DNA of 64,000 nucleotides from Theionarchaea archaeon (GTDB lineage Archaea; Methanobacteriota_B; Thermococci; Methanofastidiosales; SZ-28-30): NCBI GenBank assembly GCA_018992685.1, contig JACVGT010000003.1, positions 32,001 to 96,000 of the forward strand, read 5' to 3'. Shown piece by piece: positions 9,193 to 19,238 of this stretch (position 1 is its first letter; each line of letters starts with the position of its first letter). The notes under the pieces were generated by a model. It saw only the letters and a program-made list of their open reading frames with translations, ran no database searches and was not told where the DNA came from. The position numbers and the translations under genes were made by a program.

Positions 9193-11970
9193 TCACAGAA
9201 CCACGAATTCTCGTTCTAGCCTGCTGAATTCAACATGAGAAAGTGTATCTCTGAAAAGAGGGACAATGAGTATTGAATTGCGTGTTACAATAATGTCTTT
9301 CAGGGCCTGCAGGTATTTGAGGAGAGTTTCAAAACTTGTTTGAGTTGCCAGGTATTCTGCACCGTCAAATAGTATCACAGATTCCTCAGTTCTCTCCACA
9401 AATCCTCGAAGGATGTAGTTCAGTTTGGACAGGTCATTCGGGCTCATAGCATTGGAATCCTCCGCCTGCGACAACCAGAAAATGGGAGTCTTGGTCAATC
9501 CATATGCTCTTCTGAGCTTATCAGGGTGTTCTCTGGAGATTATAAACCCAGGTACGCCATGAGTGACCAATTCGACGAAAATCTCTAGAGATTTCTGGGG
9601 TTTGGGTTCCAAGACAATGTAACTCTCTGAATTTTCTACCATACGCGTCTTCTTTGTCTTCAGATGATTTTCTGCAACTGGTTCCACGAGGATTCTCGTT
9701 CTGTCGATCAAGGCTGAAGACATGCTCGCCAGAATTTCCACATCCTTTATGTCATCTTCGTCTATTCTTCTCTTGGTCTCAACATTATCAGCTCCCAGTG
9801 CAGCAAAAGCTTCATCCTGGACGACAATGGGAACCCAGATAAATGATTCTGATTCTGAGGTGATTTGTTTTCCCTCATCTGGAGTGTATTTTTCCACATA
9901 GATTGTTCTCTTCTCTCGGACACACTTCACAGCAACGTAGTCAGGATCACTCAATGGCACTGATATCCCTTTTGCCGGGAGCTGGGTTCCCTTTCCAAGA
10001 TAATATTCCAGCGTCCCCCTTGTTGAATTCACCAGGGCAATGCCTGACCGGTCAAATCCTAATCTTACCACACTCTCCACGATGGTATGCATTCCTCTCT
10101 CCCAATTTCTCTCACTCTGAAGGTTCTGTCGTGTCTCTAAGAGTATTTCCAATCGTCTCGATCTTTTCTCTATCCTTCTTTCGAGTTCCCGGTTCAGTGA
10201 TTTCACTTCGTCAAATAACCGTGAATTCCTGACCGCCGAGGAGATCACTTCACTCAAGGGCTTCAAAACTTCAATATCTTTCTGGTCATAAGCATTTTCC
10301 ACTGACTTTGAGATATGCAGTGCGCCCACGCATTTCCCCTCAACCATGAGTGGAACGAGAATCTGAGATATACACACTTCTGTCCCGGGAATCCACACTC
10401 CTCTCTCGTCCTTGTCTGCATTGTCCAACAACAAAATGCTCCCGTTCTTGATACAGTGTCCCACCAACCCTTCTCCGCTCCCCAGAGTTGCGGTCTTCAT
10501 GGCATCTCGAAGTCCTTCAGACACGTATGCTGGATAAATTCTTTCTTCATCCTCAGAAAGGAGGAAGATCACAAAATTATCAAACCCAATCAGGTCCTTG
10601 ACCGAATCTGATACAAATTTGTATATTTCCTGTATATCTATAGAAGAATTAAGGAGTTTGCTTGCCTCAAAGAGACTTCTCAGCTGCTTCTCAGCCCGCT
10701 TGAGTTCGGTAATGTCGTTGAGAATGCCTTCGAAGAATTTCACCCTGGAGTTTTCATCCAGTGCGACGCGTCCGCTCTCAAGGACGGTAATCTGATGTCC
10801 GTTCTTGCACCGAAGTACAAGTTCAACATTTCTGACAAACCCTTCTTTTTCCAGCCTCTTAACGATATTCTCTCTTTGAATTGGATCGACGTAAAGATCA
10901 GTGGCAATATTCAAGCCTAGAAGCTCAGCCTCGGATTCATATCCGAGCATTTGCACAAGTGCCGGATTCGCAAACAGAAGCCTTCCATCAGGAGTGGTCT
11001 GATATATTCCTTCGAGAACATTCTCGAAAAACTCTCTGAGTTTCCTCTCGGAAGCTCGCAACTCTTCTTCCGCTTTCTTGCGGTCTGTGACATCTCGTGT
11101 CGTGGCAATAAAGCCCACTGGATCTCCATTCGAATTCTTGATGACTGACGCATTGAGTTCCCCAATGAAGTGAGATCCATCTTTTCTCAGGAACGTGTAC
11201 TCCAGGTCTCTCACAGAACCCATTGTCAGGGTATCTTGAAGGCCATCTTTTGCCCTCTCCCGATCTTCAGGGGCAATGAGTTCGAATGCACTCTTTCCAA
11301 GTAAATCCTGGACATTCCTGGTGCCGTGCATCTCCAACGCGTGAGGAGAGACGAAAATGATTTCTCCTTCAAGATCAGTTGCAGTGATTGCCTCTGGAGA
11401 GGTATCAACCAATGTCTTGTATATTTCCTGCATTCCCCTTTGCTCTTCAAACAATTCTGCAGTTTCCAGGGCAATTGATGCATAGAATGCCAGAATCTCA
11501 AGAAGTGTTTGATCTCCTTCTGAAAAGGCATTGAGCTCCCTACTTTCAGCATCTAGTAAACCAATAGTCCTGTTCATGATCTTCAGAGGGACGCATAGCT
11601 CCGACCTCGCATTTTTCAACCCGGGGATATGCCTTCTATCCTTTCTCACGTCTCCTATATTTAGAGAGCGCTGAGTTCTGGCAACGTGTACAGTGATGCC
11701 TTTTACGCTATCAAGCGGAATGACCGTCTTCATCTCAGGGTCTTTGAGACCCCTGCATTCGAAGAGGTGTAATTCCTGAGCCTTCTCATCCACCAGGAAT
11801 AGGTCAATATTCCCGAAATTCAGGGTTTTCTCTGCTGCATCCAAGACAGCACGACATATCTTAGTTTTGTCCAGAGTCAATGCGATTTCCTTGGAAAGAT
11901 TATGAAGGGCAGAGAGTTTTTCCTCGTAACTAATCATTTCTTTTATTTCTTTACGTTCTTTATCTTTCAT
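9193..11970 (-). CDS. GAF-PAS-PAS-GAF-GAF-DUF835 sensory protein
   Basis: GAF motifs (SELCVPL..IGLLD, ILVPLMVEGKCVGAL); PAS ends RDVTDRK and NDITELK; DUF835 motifs IISREHP, FWLS and FDGAEYL. Confidence 0.85.
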   Translation of the reverse strand: MKDKERKEIKEMISYEEKLSALHNLSKEIALTLDKTKICRAVLDAAEKTLNFGNIDLFLVDEKAQELHLFECRGLKDPEMKTVIPLDSVKGITVHVARTQRSLNIGDVRKDRRHIPGLKNARSELCVPLKIMNRTIGLLDAESRELNAFSEGDQTLLEILAFYASIALETAELFEEQRGMQEIYKTLVDTSPEAITATDLEGEIIFVSPHALEMHGTRNVQDLLGKSAFELIAPEDRERAKDGLQDTLTMGSVRDLEYTFLRKDGSHFIGELNASVIKNSNGDPVGFIATTRDVTDRKKAEEELRASERKLREFFENVLEGIYQTTPDGRLLFANPALVQMLGYESEAELLGLNIATDLYVDPIQRENIVKRLEKEGFVRNVELVLRCKNGHQITVLESGRVALDENSRVKFFEGILNDITELKRAEKQLRSLFEASKLLNSSIDIQEIYKFVSDSVKDLIGFDNFVIFLLSEDEERIYPAYVSEGLRDAMKTATLGSGEGLVGHCIKNGSILLLDNADKDERGVWIPGTEVCISQILVPLMVEGKCVGALHISKSVENAYDQKDIEVLKPLSEVISSAVRNSRLFDEVKSLNRELERRIEKRSRRLEILLETRQNLQSERNWERGMHTIVESVVRLGFDRSGIALVNSTRGTLEYYLGKGTQLPAKGISVPLSDPDYVAVKCVREKRTIYVEKYTPDEGKQITSESESFIWVPIVVQDEAFAALGADNVETKRRIDEDDIKDVEILASMSSALIDRTRILVEPVAENHLKTKKTRMVENSESYIVLEPKPQKSLEIFVELVTHGVPGFIISREHPDKLRRAYGLTKTPIFWLSQAEDSNAMSPNDLSKLNYILRGFVERTEESVILFDGAEYLATQTSFETLLKYLQALKDIIVTRNSILIVPLFRDTLSHVEFSRLEREFVVL

Positions 11971-12053
11971 CGTTATCCCTTCCAGATCTGGACGATTTCA
12001 TCCCTGATAGAAATATAATTCATATTGAGGGAAGATATCGGAAGAATAATATT

Positions 12054-12389
12054 CTATTTCGTGTCAGCTGCACGTAGGACCGTACCCCCATGATCCAGTT
12101 CTCGATCGACTATAGTATTCAAGAGAGCTATATCAACATCCTGTGAGGCTACTACACCCAGCTTATAGGAATTCCGCAGGAAAACGAAGAACCTATCATT
12201 CTCTGTGGGTTGAAGGTCGCGGGCGTCTTCGTGCCTGCTGTACATGCCTTCATACAACTGGAAGATGGTTCTGTCGAGAGATCTTTTCTCGTGAAGTTCC
12301 AGGTCTATGGCCAGCACCTTCTTATTCCTGGTAAGGAGGGCTCCTTTGATTCCCGGTACATTCTTTCTCAGTGAACTTATTTCGAACAT
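12054..12389 (-). CDS. roadblock/LC7-like small protein
   Basis: VPGIKGALL...LGVVASQDVDIALL pattern; 111 aa. Confidence 0.55.
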   Translation of the reverse strand: MFEISSLRKNVPGIKGALLTRNKKVLAIDLELHEKRSLDRTIFQLYEGMYSRHEDARDLQPTENDRFFVFLRNSYKLGVVASQDVDIALLNTIVDRELDHGGTVLRAADTK

Positions 12390-12862
12390 CGTGTTTTCAT
12401 CCTTTCAGTGGCTTTATATATGTATTTGTGCAATCTTCACATAAAATCACACACGTTCTCACGTGTTTTCAAGAATCACCGGATCAACCTGGTATGTTCG
12501 TGCCTGTACTTCATATAGTTGTCCATTTATTGAAATAATCTGTCATCACGATGTAAAGAGGAATTCCATCCATTGCTACTGTCTCCTTCATTCAGTTTTA
12601 TTTCCTGTCTCTGAATAAAGTGCTATGATCCACGGAGTAGGGCCACTGTCATGATGTGAGAAGAGGTTCTTGGAGCATGTTGGTGCACAGGAACCTGGTG
12701 CTGGTTGAATTCTTGACTCTCTCAATCAGGGAATGAAAAAGCGGTCTTTCAAAGACCCTTGAAAAGATTAGCATGACGAAGTAAAACGCGGGCACATTTC
12801 CACTATCGTGAAGCCAATCAAGAGAGCGACAGATTTATAACCCTGTATCATCAACGGCGCAT

Positions 12863-13132
12863 ATGATTTGGATATTAATCATACTGGGTTTTGTGCTCAT
12901 GGCAGCTATTATAGCTCTCTTCTTGAAGAGTGGCAGGTATAAACAATCAGAGGAGGCAAAGGCACGTGGCTTTTGGTCCGTCTGGATGGGCGTTGGAGGA
13001 GCTATCGGGGCTGTCATCGGGATTCTTCTAGTGGAACTTGCTGATTACTCGTACCCTCTTCCAGCTATCTTGTGGATGATGGGAATGGCAGCTGGTCAGG
13101 TAGGAGGTATCTTATACAGTAGGTACCGGTAG
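12863..13132 (+). CDS. small membrane protein
   Basis: Three Gly-rich hydrophobic helices; TTTATAA ~30 bp upstream. Confidence 0.65.
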   Translation: MIWILIILGFVLMAAIIALFLKSGRYKQSEEAKARGFWSVWMGVGGAIGAVIGILLVELADYSYPLPAILWMMGMAAGQVGGILYSRYR

Positions 13133-13700
13133 AAGGGCTTTGCTGACTATTGTTATTTATTTCACTTCCGTTTGATTCTAAGATAGAAAATAGGTTATGA
13201 TGAGCTGTTCTGGTTTAATCTAACTCTCAGTCCCTTCTTGCTGGTGATCGAAATTCAGTATTTCTTCATTTCACTTCAGGTCAGAGCTATATTCAACTCT
13301 GTCAACACCTTTATCCCGAGAGTAATCCACACAACAATGACACTCAAGCCGGAGAACGTGGGCCCAACTTCCGGCAGTAATCTCCTCCAGTGCTCAGCAT
13401 GCCCAGGCTCCTACTAGACTGAATTCAGAAACCTTTGCACACTGAACATTCAAGAAGAAGTATATTCTTGATTTTTGGGTTGATCATACGTTTTTCAGGA
13501 ATAAAAAAACGTCCTAGCAGTTTATTTGAGACAAAGGCTCTCCGGGTTTCTACTTCAACCTTTCTAAACCATATGGAACTATGTTAAATGTATTGAGATT
13601 CAGATTGTTGATATTTTATGATATCTAAACAATGTGAACAATGAAAACGTTCTTATATTACCGGGGTTTTCTATCACAAATCTCACAGGAGGTGAAAGAG

Positions 13701-15446
13701 TTGAAAGGAAAAAAAGCAATGCTGTTAGTATTGATACTCGCAATGAGCATCCCGTCTGTTATATCGAGTGGCGACTCCATCAGTGTGGAGTACACTTTTA
13801 GCACCGTGTTCATGAATGACCACTGGGTCATCGTGGACGGTATTCTGCAGGAAATTGCTGGTGAACCAGTGGTACCGTGCTACCCCGCACGAATTCTTCT
13901 CCCTCAGGACGCTGAGGTTACTGATGTTAGTGTTTCCCACAGCAGCCCCATCATCCAGCAGGGAATTGACATCCAGTGGGGGCAGCCCCCGTGTACATTC
14001 AGTGACACCCCAGTCAAGGTGGGGAGAAACAATGACATCTATGGCTCAGACAATCCCTACCCGGGTAAGATGATTGACGTCCTTTCTGTTCAATCTTTCA
14101 GAGGGTTCAAAATACTGTATGTGAACTTGTTCCCGCTGCAGTACCAGCCAAAATCGCAGACTGCAACACTCTATGAAACAATTACAGTGAATGTCAAGAC
14201 TCAGAAAGGCCCCGTCCAGACCCTGTACAGAGGATACAGTGCAGACAAAGAGGCAGTCATCGATCTGGTAGACAATCCTGAAACAGTGGATAGCTACACA
14301 ACACCTGCGCAGAGTGTGTCACCACTCCTTGAATCGGGAACCTACGAATACATCATCATAACCAGCGACGCGCTGACACCAACCTTCCAAGCACTGGCCA
14401 ACCACAAAGCTGCTTTCGTGAACGGAACGAAAATCGTCGATATCCAGTGGATTTACTCTAATTACACAGGGCTAGACGATCCCATGAAAGTGAGGAACTT
14501 CATTACAGACGCCTACAATACGTGGGGAACAAACTGGTGTCTCCTGGGTGGAGATGTGGATGTTGTCCCCTACAGAGGATTCTATGTACGGGTACCAGGA
14601 GGAAGAGATCCCGACATGGCAGCTGACATGTACTTTGGATGCCTGGATGGGACATTTGACGCAGATGGTGACGAACGCTACGCAGAAGAGAACGATGACA
14701 TTGACTGGCTGGAGGAGGTCTTCATTGGGAGGGCACCTGTAGAGACGGTTGACGAAGCTCAAATATTCGTCAACAAGGTCATAGCCTATGAACTGGCGCC
14801 CAAACAGAAAATCTGTCAGTTCCACCAGTCTCGATTGTCCACCGGCAATACGCCCGATTCCAGAGTGATCGCCTGGGACTGCGAGTACTGGACACCCTCC
14901 GACTACGAAAAGCGAGAGCTCTTTGAAGAGGACGGCAATGTGTCCAAGTCTGACTGGATCGCTGCGTGGAATGGGAAGCCTCTGATGTTCCAGCACGTGG
15001 GACATGGCAATACCACAGTCTACGACATCTGCTATGAAGTAGGGGGAGAGGTTGCCTGGTATAATGCAGACGTTCCGAGCCTGGTTAACACCGATTTCTG
15101 GCCCATACACATGAGTGTTGCCTGCATCACCGGAGAATTCGAGGCTAACGACTGTCTGGCTGAAATGTATGTCAAGGATGACGCAGGAGCCATCGCCACC
15201 ATGATGAACGACAACTACGGATGGTATTCTTCACTTGATGCCTCCAAGTACTCAGGGGAATTCCTGGAAACCATGTTCAGAGCCCTGTTCAGTGATGGAA
15301 AACAGAACCTAGGAGAACTTCTGAATCAGGCCAAGAGCTACTGGATCTCTGCAGCCGAGTCCAATGGAACATACAGATGGTGCTACTTCGAGATCAACCT
15401 TATGGGAGACCCTGAAACACCCTGTCTAACTCAGAGAGCCTTTTAA
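13701..15446 (+). CDS. C25 (gingipain-like) cysteine peptidase with propeptide
   Basis: Signal peptide; LLGGD..VP, FIGRAP, catalytic HVGHG and SVAC, NLMGDP; TTG start after GGAGGTGA. Confidence 0.88.
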   Translation: MKGKKAMLLVLILAMSIPSVISSGDSISVEYTFSTVFMNDHWVIVDGILQEIAGEPVVPCYPARILLPQDAEVTDVSVSHSSPIIQQGIDIQWGQPPCTFSDTPVKVGRNNDIYGSDNPYPGKMIDVLSVQSFRGFKILYVNLFPLQYQPKSQTATLYETITVNVKTQKGPVQTLYRGYSADKEAVIDLVDNPETVDSYTTPAQSVSPLLESGTYEYIIITSDALTPTFQALANHKAAFVNGTKIVDIQWIYSNYTGLDDPMKVRNFITDAYNTWGTNWCLLGGDVDVVPYRGFYVRVPGGRDPDMAADMYFGCLDGTFDADGDERYAEENDDIDWLEEVFIGRAPVETVDEAQIFVNKVIAYELAPKQKICQFHQSRLSTGNTPDSRVIAWDCEYWTPSDYEKRELFEEDGNVSKSDWIAAWNGKPLMFQHVGHGNTTVYDICYEVGGEVAWYNADVPSLVNTDFWPIHMSVACITGEFEANDCLAEMYVKDDAGAIATMMNDNYGWYSSLDASKYSGEFLETMFRALFSDGKQNLGELLNQAKSYWISAAESNGTYRWCYFEINLMGDPETPCLTQRAF

Positions 15447-15626
15447 TCATCTCTTTTTTATTTCTTTCTTTCTTTTCGAGCGTTTTGATAATACCTGATT
15501 CTCCAGTACTGCAAACTCTGAGGAACAGCAGTGGTTGAGCAATTGTTGTCATGATGTCACATCAATTCACAAAAGATCACATCTACTCACAAATAGATTT
15601 TTAAATTGTAGAATCTCTTTTTTCTC

Positions 15627-15790
15627 AGCCTGAGACCTCTATGCACAGAGCTGTCTCGGCTAATAGGAAGGGAAACAGCTCGATCAGGAGGAAGTGCTCC
15701 CTCAGGATGACAGAGAAAGGCTGGAGAGAGGGAATTACAGGTTCTTCATAGGTAGTTCACCTCAAGACCCTCTCCAGCCTTAGACTTTTT
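15627..15790 (+). ncRNA. candidate structured small RNA
   Basis: TTTTAAA ~25 bp upstream; 5' hairpin AGCC-GAGAC-CTCT/AGAG-GTCTC-GGCT; 3' hairpin AGGCTGGAGAG/CTCTCCAGCCT followed by a T-run. Confidence 0.4.
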
Positions 15791-15915
15791 CACATGAGAT
15801 TATGAGATTCCTGCCAGTGGCAGCAAGCCCCATGATTTATTGCCATTGGAGACGGTGCCAACCATACCATTTTATAGGATGGAGCCGATCGGTGAGTCAA
15901 TCGTGAGGGAACCCA

Positions 15916-17019
15916 ATGAACCACAAGGTTGGAATCATCGCAGACAGGCTCAACAGGACTCTAACAGGTGTAGGGATGTACGTGTACCACCTCGTAAATG
16001 AGCTCTCAAAGATAGAGGATATTGCTCTGATAACCTATCGGAATCCTTGCCCACCTCTTGACGTCCCCACAGAAATCATGAACCCCCTGGGAGCCTTCTC
16101 TGATCGCTCTCTCTATCTGTGGCATCTCTATGTGAATGGCGTTCTCCACCGTACCACTCAGTTCGACATCGTCCATTCCCCTGAAAATGCTGCTCTCATC
16201 ACCTCAGTGAAGTGCAAGAAAGTCGTCACTGTTCATGATCTGATTCTGTATTTGTTTCCCCACTATGGAGGAATCCTTCACAGAGCACGGTACAGGATGC
16301 TTCTCCCGTGGACTGCAAAGACTGCAGATCGTATCATTGCTGTTTCTCAGAGTACGAAACGGGACCTTGTCACCCTGGTAGGAGTGCCGCAGTACAAAAT
16401 CACAGTCATCTATCCAGGTGTGGGGCCTGAATTCAGCCCCTGTGACCCTCGTGCAGTCAGAGAGATACGGGAAAAATACCATCTCGAATGCCCCTTTATC
16501 CTGTACACGGGCACACTATCTCCTCACAAGAATGTTTCAACATTAGTTGCGTCCTTCAGGAAACTGAAAGACTCTGGGATGCCGCACTCTCTGGTACTGA
16601 CAGGGGCAAAAGGCTGGAGATACCACTCCGTGATAGAGACCATTGAGAGGCTGCACATGGAAAAGAATGTCATCCTCACCGGGTACATTCCCTCTGAGGA
16701 TCTTCCTGCTGTATACAGCGCAGCAGATGTGTATGTTTATCCTTCATTATATGAAGGGTTTGGGCTGCCCGTAGTTGAAGCTATGGCATGTGGATGTCCG
16801 GTGGTGGCCTCCACTGGGTCTTCACTACCTGAAGTCGTGGGAGATGCAGGGATTCTGGTCACTCCCACCGTAGATGAATTGACTGCCAGCATACAGGAGG
16901 TTCTCAAGGACGAGAGCTTGAGAGACGAGTTATCTCGAAAAGGACTGGAGCGAGCATCGAAATTCACCTGGAAGAAAACAGCAGCTGAAACAAAGAACGT
17001 ATATGAAGAACTGGCATAA
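15916..17019 (+). CDS. GT4 glycosyltransferase
   Basis: TVHDL, SQSTKRDL, PSLYEGFGLPVVEAMACG. Confidence 0.92.
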   Translation: MNHKVGIIADRLNRTLTGVGMYVYHLVNELSKIEDIALITYRNPCPPLDVPTEIMNPLGAFSDRSLYLWHLYVNGVLHRTTQFDIVHSPENAALITSVKCKKVVTVHDLILYLFPHYGGILHRARYRMLLPWTAKTADRIIAVSQSTKRDLVTLVGVPQYKITVIYPGVGPEFSPCDPRAVREIREKYHLECPFILYTGTLSPHKNVSTLVASFRKLKDSGMPHSLVLTGAKGWRYHSVIETIERLHMEKNVILTGYIPSEDLPAVYSAADVYVYPSLYEGFGLPVVEAMACGCPVVASTGSSLPEVVGDAGILVTPTVDELTASIQEVLKDESLRDELSRKGLERASKFTWKKTAAETKNVYEELA

Positions 17020-18229
17020 GAAGAGTTATTCACACATGCGAGATGGTACTGTGCACATATGTGATATTGCCCCTTTTGGTGTCTATCCCCCGAGGGGGGG
17101 AGGGCACAGCAGGATACACCATCTGAACCTGCAGGCTACACGGAAAGGACACACCGTCTTTTTGTTTTCACAGGGTATCAGGAGGTTTGAGCTCACAATC
17201 CCCCTGAAATCATGGACTACAGGCATTAATGAGAGATATACTGAATATCGCTATGTCAATATGCTGTCTTTGGCTGCAGCTCTCTTCACGGGGAGTGCGG
17301 GTGCTCCGCCCCTCCTTGCAGGAGATGTCCTTGATATTGTGCACCCTTCCGTCCTGACGAGAGCAGTTCATCAGAGTGATGTGGTAAAAGTTGAGCATCC
17401 CTGGCAGATGGAGTATCTAAAGAGTATTGCAGGGGACCTGCCGGTGGTGATAGTGGAAGCCAATGTGGAATGTGATTTGCTGCAACAGACACTGAACAAA
17501 AAGGTTCCCTATTCTCAATGGCTGTATGAGACAGCAGTGAAAAAGGAGCGGTCTGCTCTTGCCATGGCTGATGCAGTTATGGTGACTTCTTTCCGGGATA
17601 AGGAAACTCTCATCCGGAAATTCAAGGTGAAGGGTGCAGTTCATATTGTGCCCAATGGAGTTGACACATCTCTGATTTGTCCTGCATCCGAATCTGAGAA
17701 GGAAAAGGAAAAAGACAAGCTGGGGTTCTCCAATAAGACGGTTGTGTTGTTCACAGGATCTAGCCACCCACCTAATAGAGAGGCAGTTCGCCACATTGTG
17801 AGAATGGCCCATGATCTGCCAGAAACCCTTTTTGTGGTGGCAGGGAGAGTGGGAGATTCTCTGACAAGCACCAGAAATGTTCTCGTCACAGGATACGTAG
17901 AGGACATGACTTCCTTTCTCAGAGCTGCAGATATTGCTGTGAACCCCGTGACATCAGGGAGTGGGACTAATGTTAAAATGCTGGAGTACATGGCAGCAGG
18001 CCTCCCGGTGGTGTCCACTCCAACAGGTGTGAGAGGGCTAGATGTGGAGTCCGGAGTTCATGCCATGGTTCAGAATCTTGAAGAGTTCCCCTCTTCCCTT
18101 GACGTCATACTAAAGGATGAGGACCTTAGAGAGACTCTCAGTAGGAACGGGAGAACTCTTGTAGAGGAGAAATACAACTGGAAGAAGATCAGTGAGAAAG
18201 AGTTAGATATTTTGCAGCGACTTCTTTGA
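17003..18229 (+). CDS. GT4 glycosyltransferase
   Basis: PNGVD, GSGTNVKMLEYMAAGLPVVST. Confidence 0.9.
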   Translation: MKNWHKKSYSHMRDGTVHICDIAPFGVYPPRGGGHSRIHHLNLQATRKGHTVFLFSQGIRRFELTIPLKSWTTGINERYTEYRYVNMLSLAAALFTGSAGAPPLLAGDVLDIVHPSVLTRAVHQSDVVKVEHPWQMEYLKSIAGDLPVVIVEANVECDLLQQTLNKKVPYSQWLYETAVKKERSALAMADAVMVTSFRDKETLIRKFKVKGAVHIVPNGVDTSLICPASESEKEKEKDKLGFSNKTVVLFTGSSHPPNREAVRHIVRMAHDLPETLFVVAGRVGDSLTSTRNVLVTGYVEDMTSFLRAADIAVNPVTSGSGTNVKMLEYMAAGLPVVSTPTGVRGLDVESGVHAMVQNLEEFPSSLDVILKDEDLRETLSRNGRTLVEEKYNWKKISEKELDILQRLL

Positions 18230-19225
18230 GGTCCCGAATACAGCATCCACAACCCCCTGCAGGACTGATGTGACTACCGAGCTCTTTCCTTTCAGAGTGT
18301 AGACAGTGAGTTTTCTGGCAACCCACCCTGCGTAGAACAATGATGCCGTCACTCTCTTGAAGCCCTCACAGTGTCTCTTGATGAATATATACCTGTTTCT
18401 CACAAAATAGTACGCCATATGAGGACTGAACTCTCCGCCTGTGCTTCTGGCAATCTTGTGCCAGACTTTGCCTTGAGGGATATACACGCTGGTAAATCCT
18501 TTCTTGGAACATCGCACACAGAAGTCAGTTTCCTCAAAATAGGCAAAGTAGACAGGATCAAGAAGACCCACTGTCTCAAGGACGTCTCGCTTCACCAGGA
18601 AAGCACACCCCGGAATGTAGTCCACTTCCCCCTCATCGTACTTTCCATTAATTTCTCCTCGCCCCCTCTCTTTGGTTTTGCCTGTCCACCAGTTGATGAT
18701 ACCACCTGCAGCCTGTGTTCTCGTGGGGTCATCATAGTAATACAGGGTGGGCCCTGCAATGCCTGCTTTCTCGTGATGCTTTACCCCATTGATCAGCTCG
18801 GAAAGAAGAGACGGGTCAACTACAGTATCGTTATTCAACAGGAAGACGTAATCTGCCTCGCAGGAATGAAGAGCACATTGAATTCCAATATTATTTCCCT
18901 CCGCAAACCCGTAGTTTTCCTCATTCTTGATGAGGAGAAGATATCTCCCCGGTCTAGCGTTCCCTTCTGCTGTAGGTATATCAGCTCGGGCATACTCTTT
19001 GATTGTGATGGGGGGTTCTTCCCCGTGATATTGAAAAAAAGGTGATTCCACGTGTATTCTTCCTGAACAGTATTCCCGTATTTTCTGTACTGACTCATCC
19101 TGTGACCCATTATCCACTACAATGACGTCATATTCTGGGTAGTCCAGCCGATACACAGATTCCAGGCATTCGATGGTATCAGCCCAGCCATTCCAGTTCA
19201 GGATGACAATTGAAACTCTGCACAT
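18203..19225 (-). CDS. GT2 glycosyltransferase
   Basis: ILNWNG, VDNGS, NYGFAEGNN, LLNND, YFEETD. Confidence 0.92.
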   Translation of the reverse strand: MCRVSIVILNWNGWADTIECLESVYRLDYPEYDVIVVDNGSQDESVQKIREYCSGRIHVESPFFQYHGEEPPITIKEYARADIPTAEGNARPGRYLLLIKNEENYGFAEGNNIGIQCALHSCEADYVFLLNNDTVVDPSLLSELINGVKHHEKAGIAGPTLYYYDDPTRTQAAGGIINWWTGKTKERGRGEINGKYDEGEVDYIPGCAFLVKRDVLETVGLLDPVYFAYFEETDFCVRCSKKGFTSVYIPQGKVWHKIARSTGGEFSPHMAYYFVRNRYIFIKRHCEGFKRVTASLFYAGWVARKLTVYTLKGKSSVVTSVLQGVVDAVFGTSKKSLQNI

Positions 19226-19238
19226 GGGTTACGCCTCT

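Noticed and set aside
15648-15681. GAGCUGUC...GAAACAGCUC resembles hammerhead stem III
   Set aside because: Only 16 nt lie between the halves; no CUGANGA and no room for stems I and II
15686-15702. GAGGAAGTGCTCCC resembles the start of RNase P RNA P4
   Set aside because: No matching 3' P4 strand and the element is too short
17084-17095. ATCCCCCGAGG resembles the tRNA 3' end (possible attR)
   Set aside because: Short match inside an intact GT4 gene
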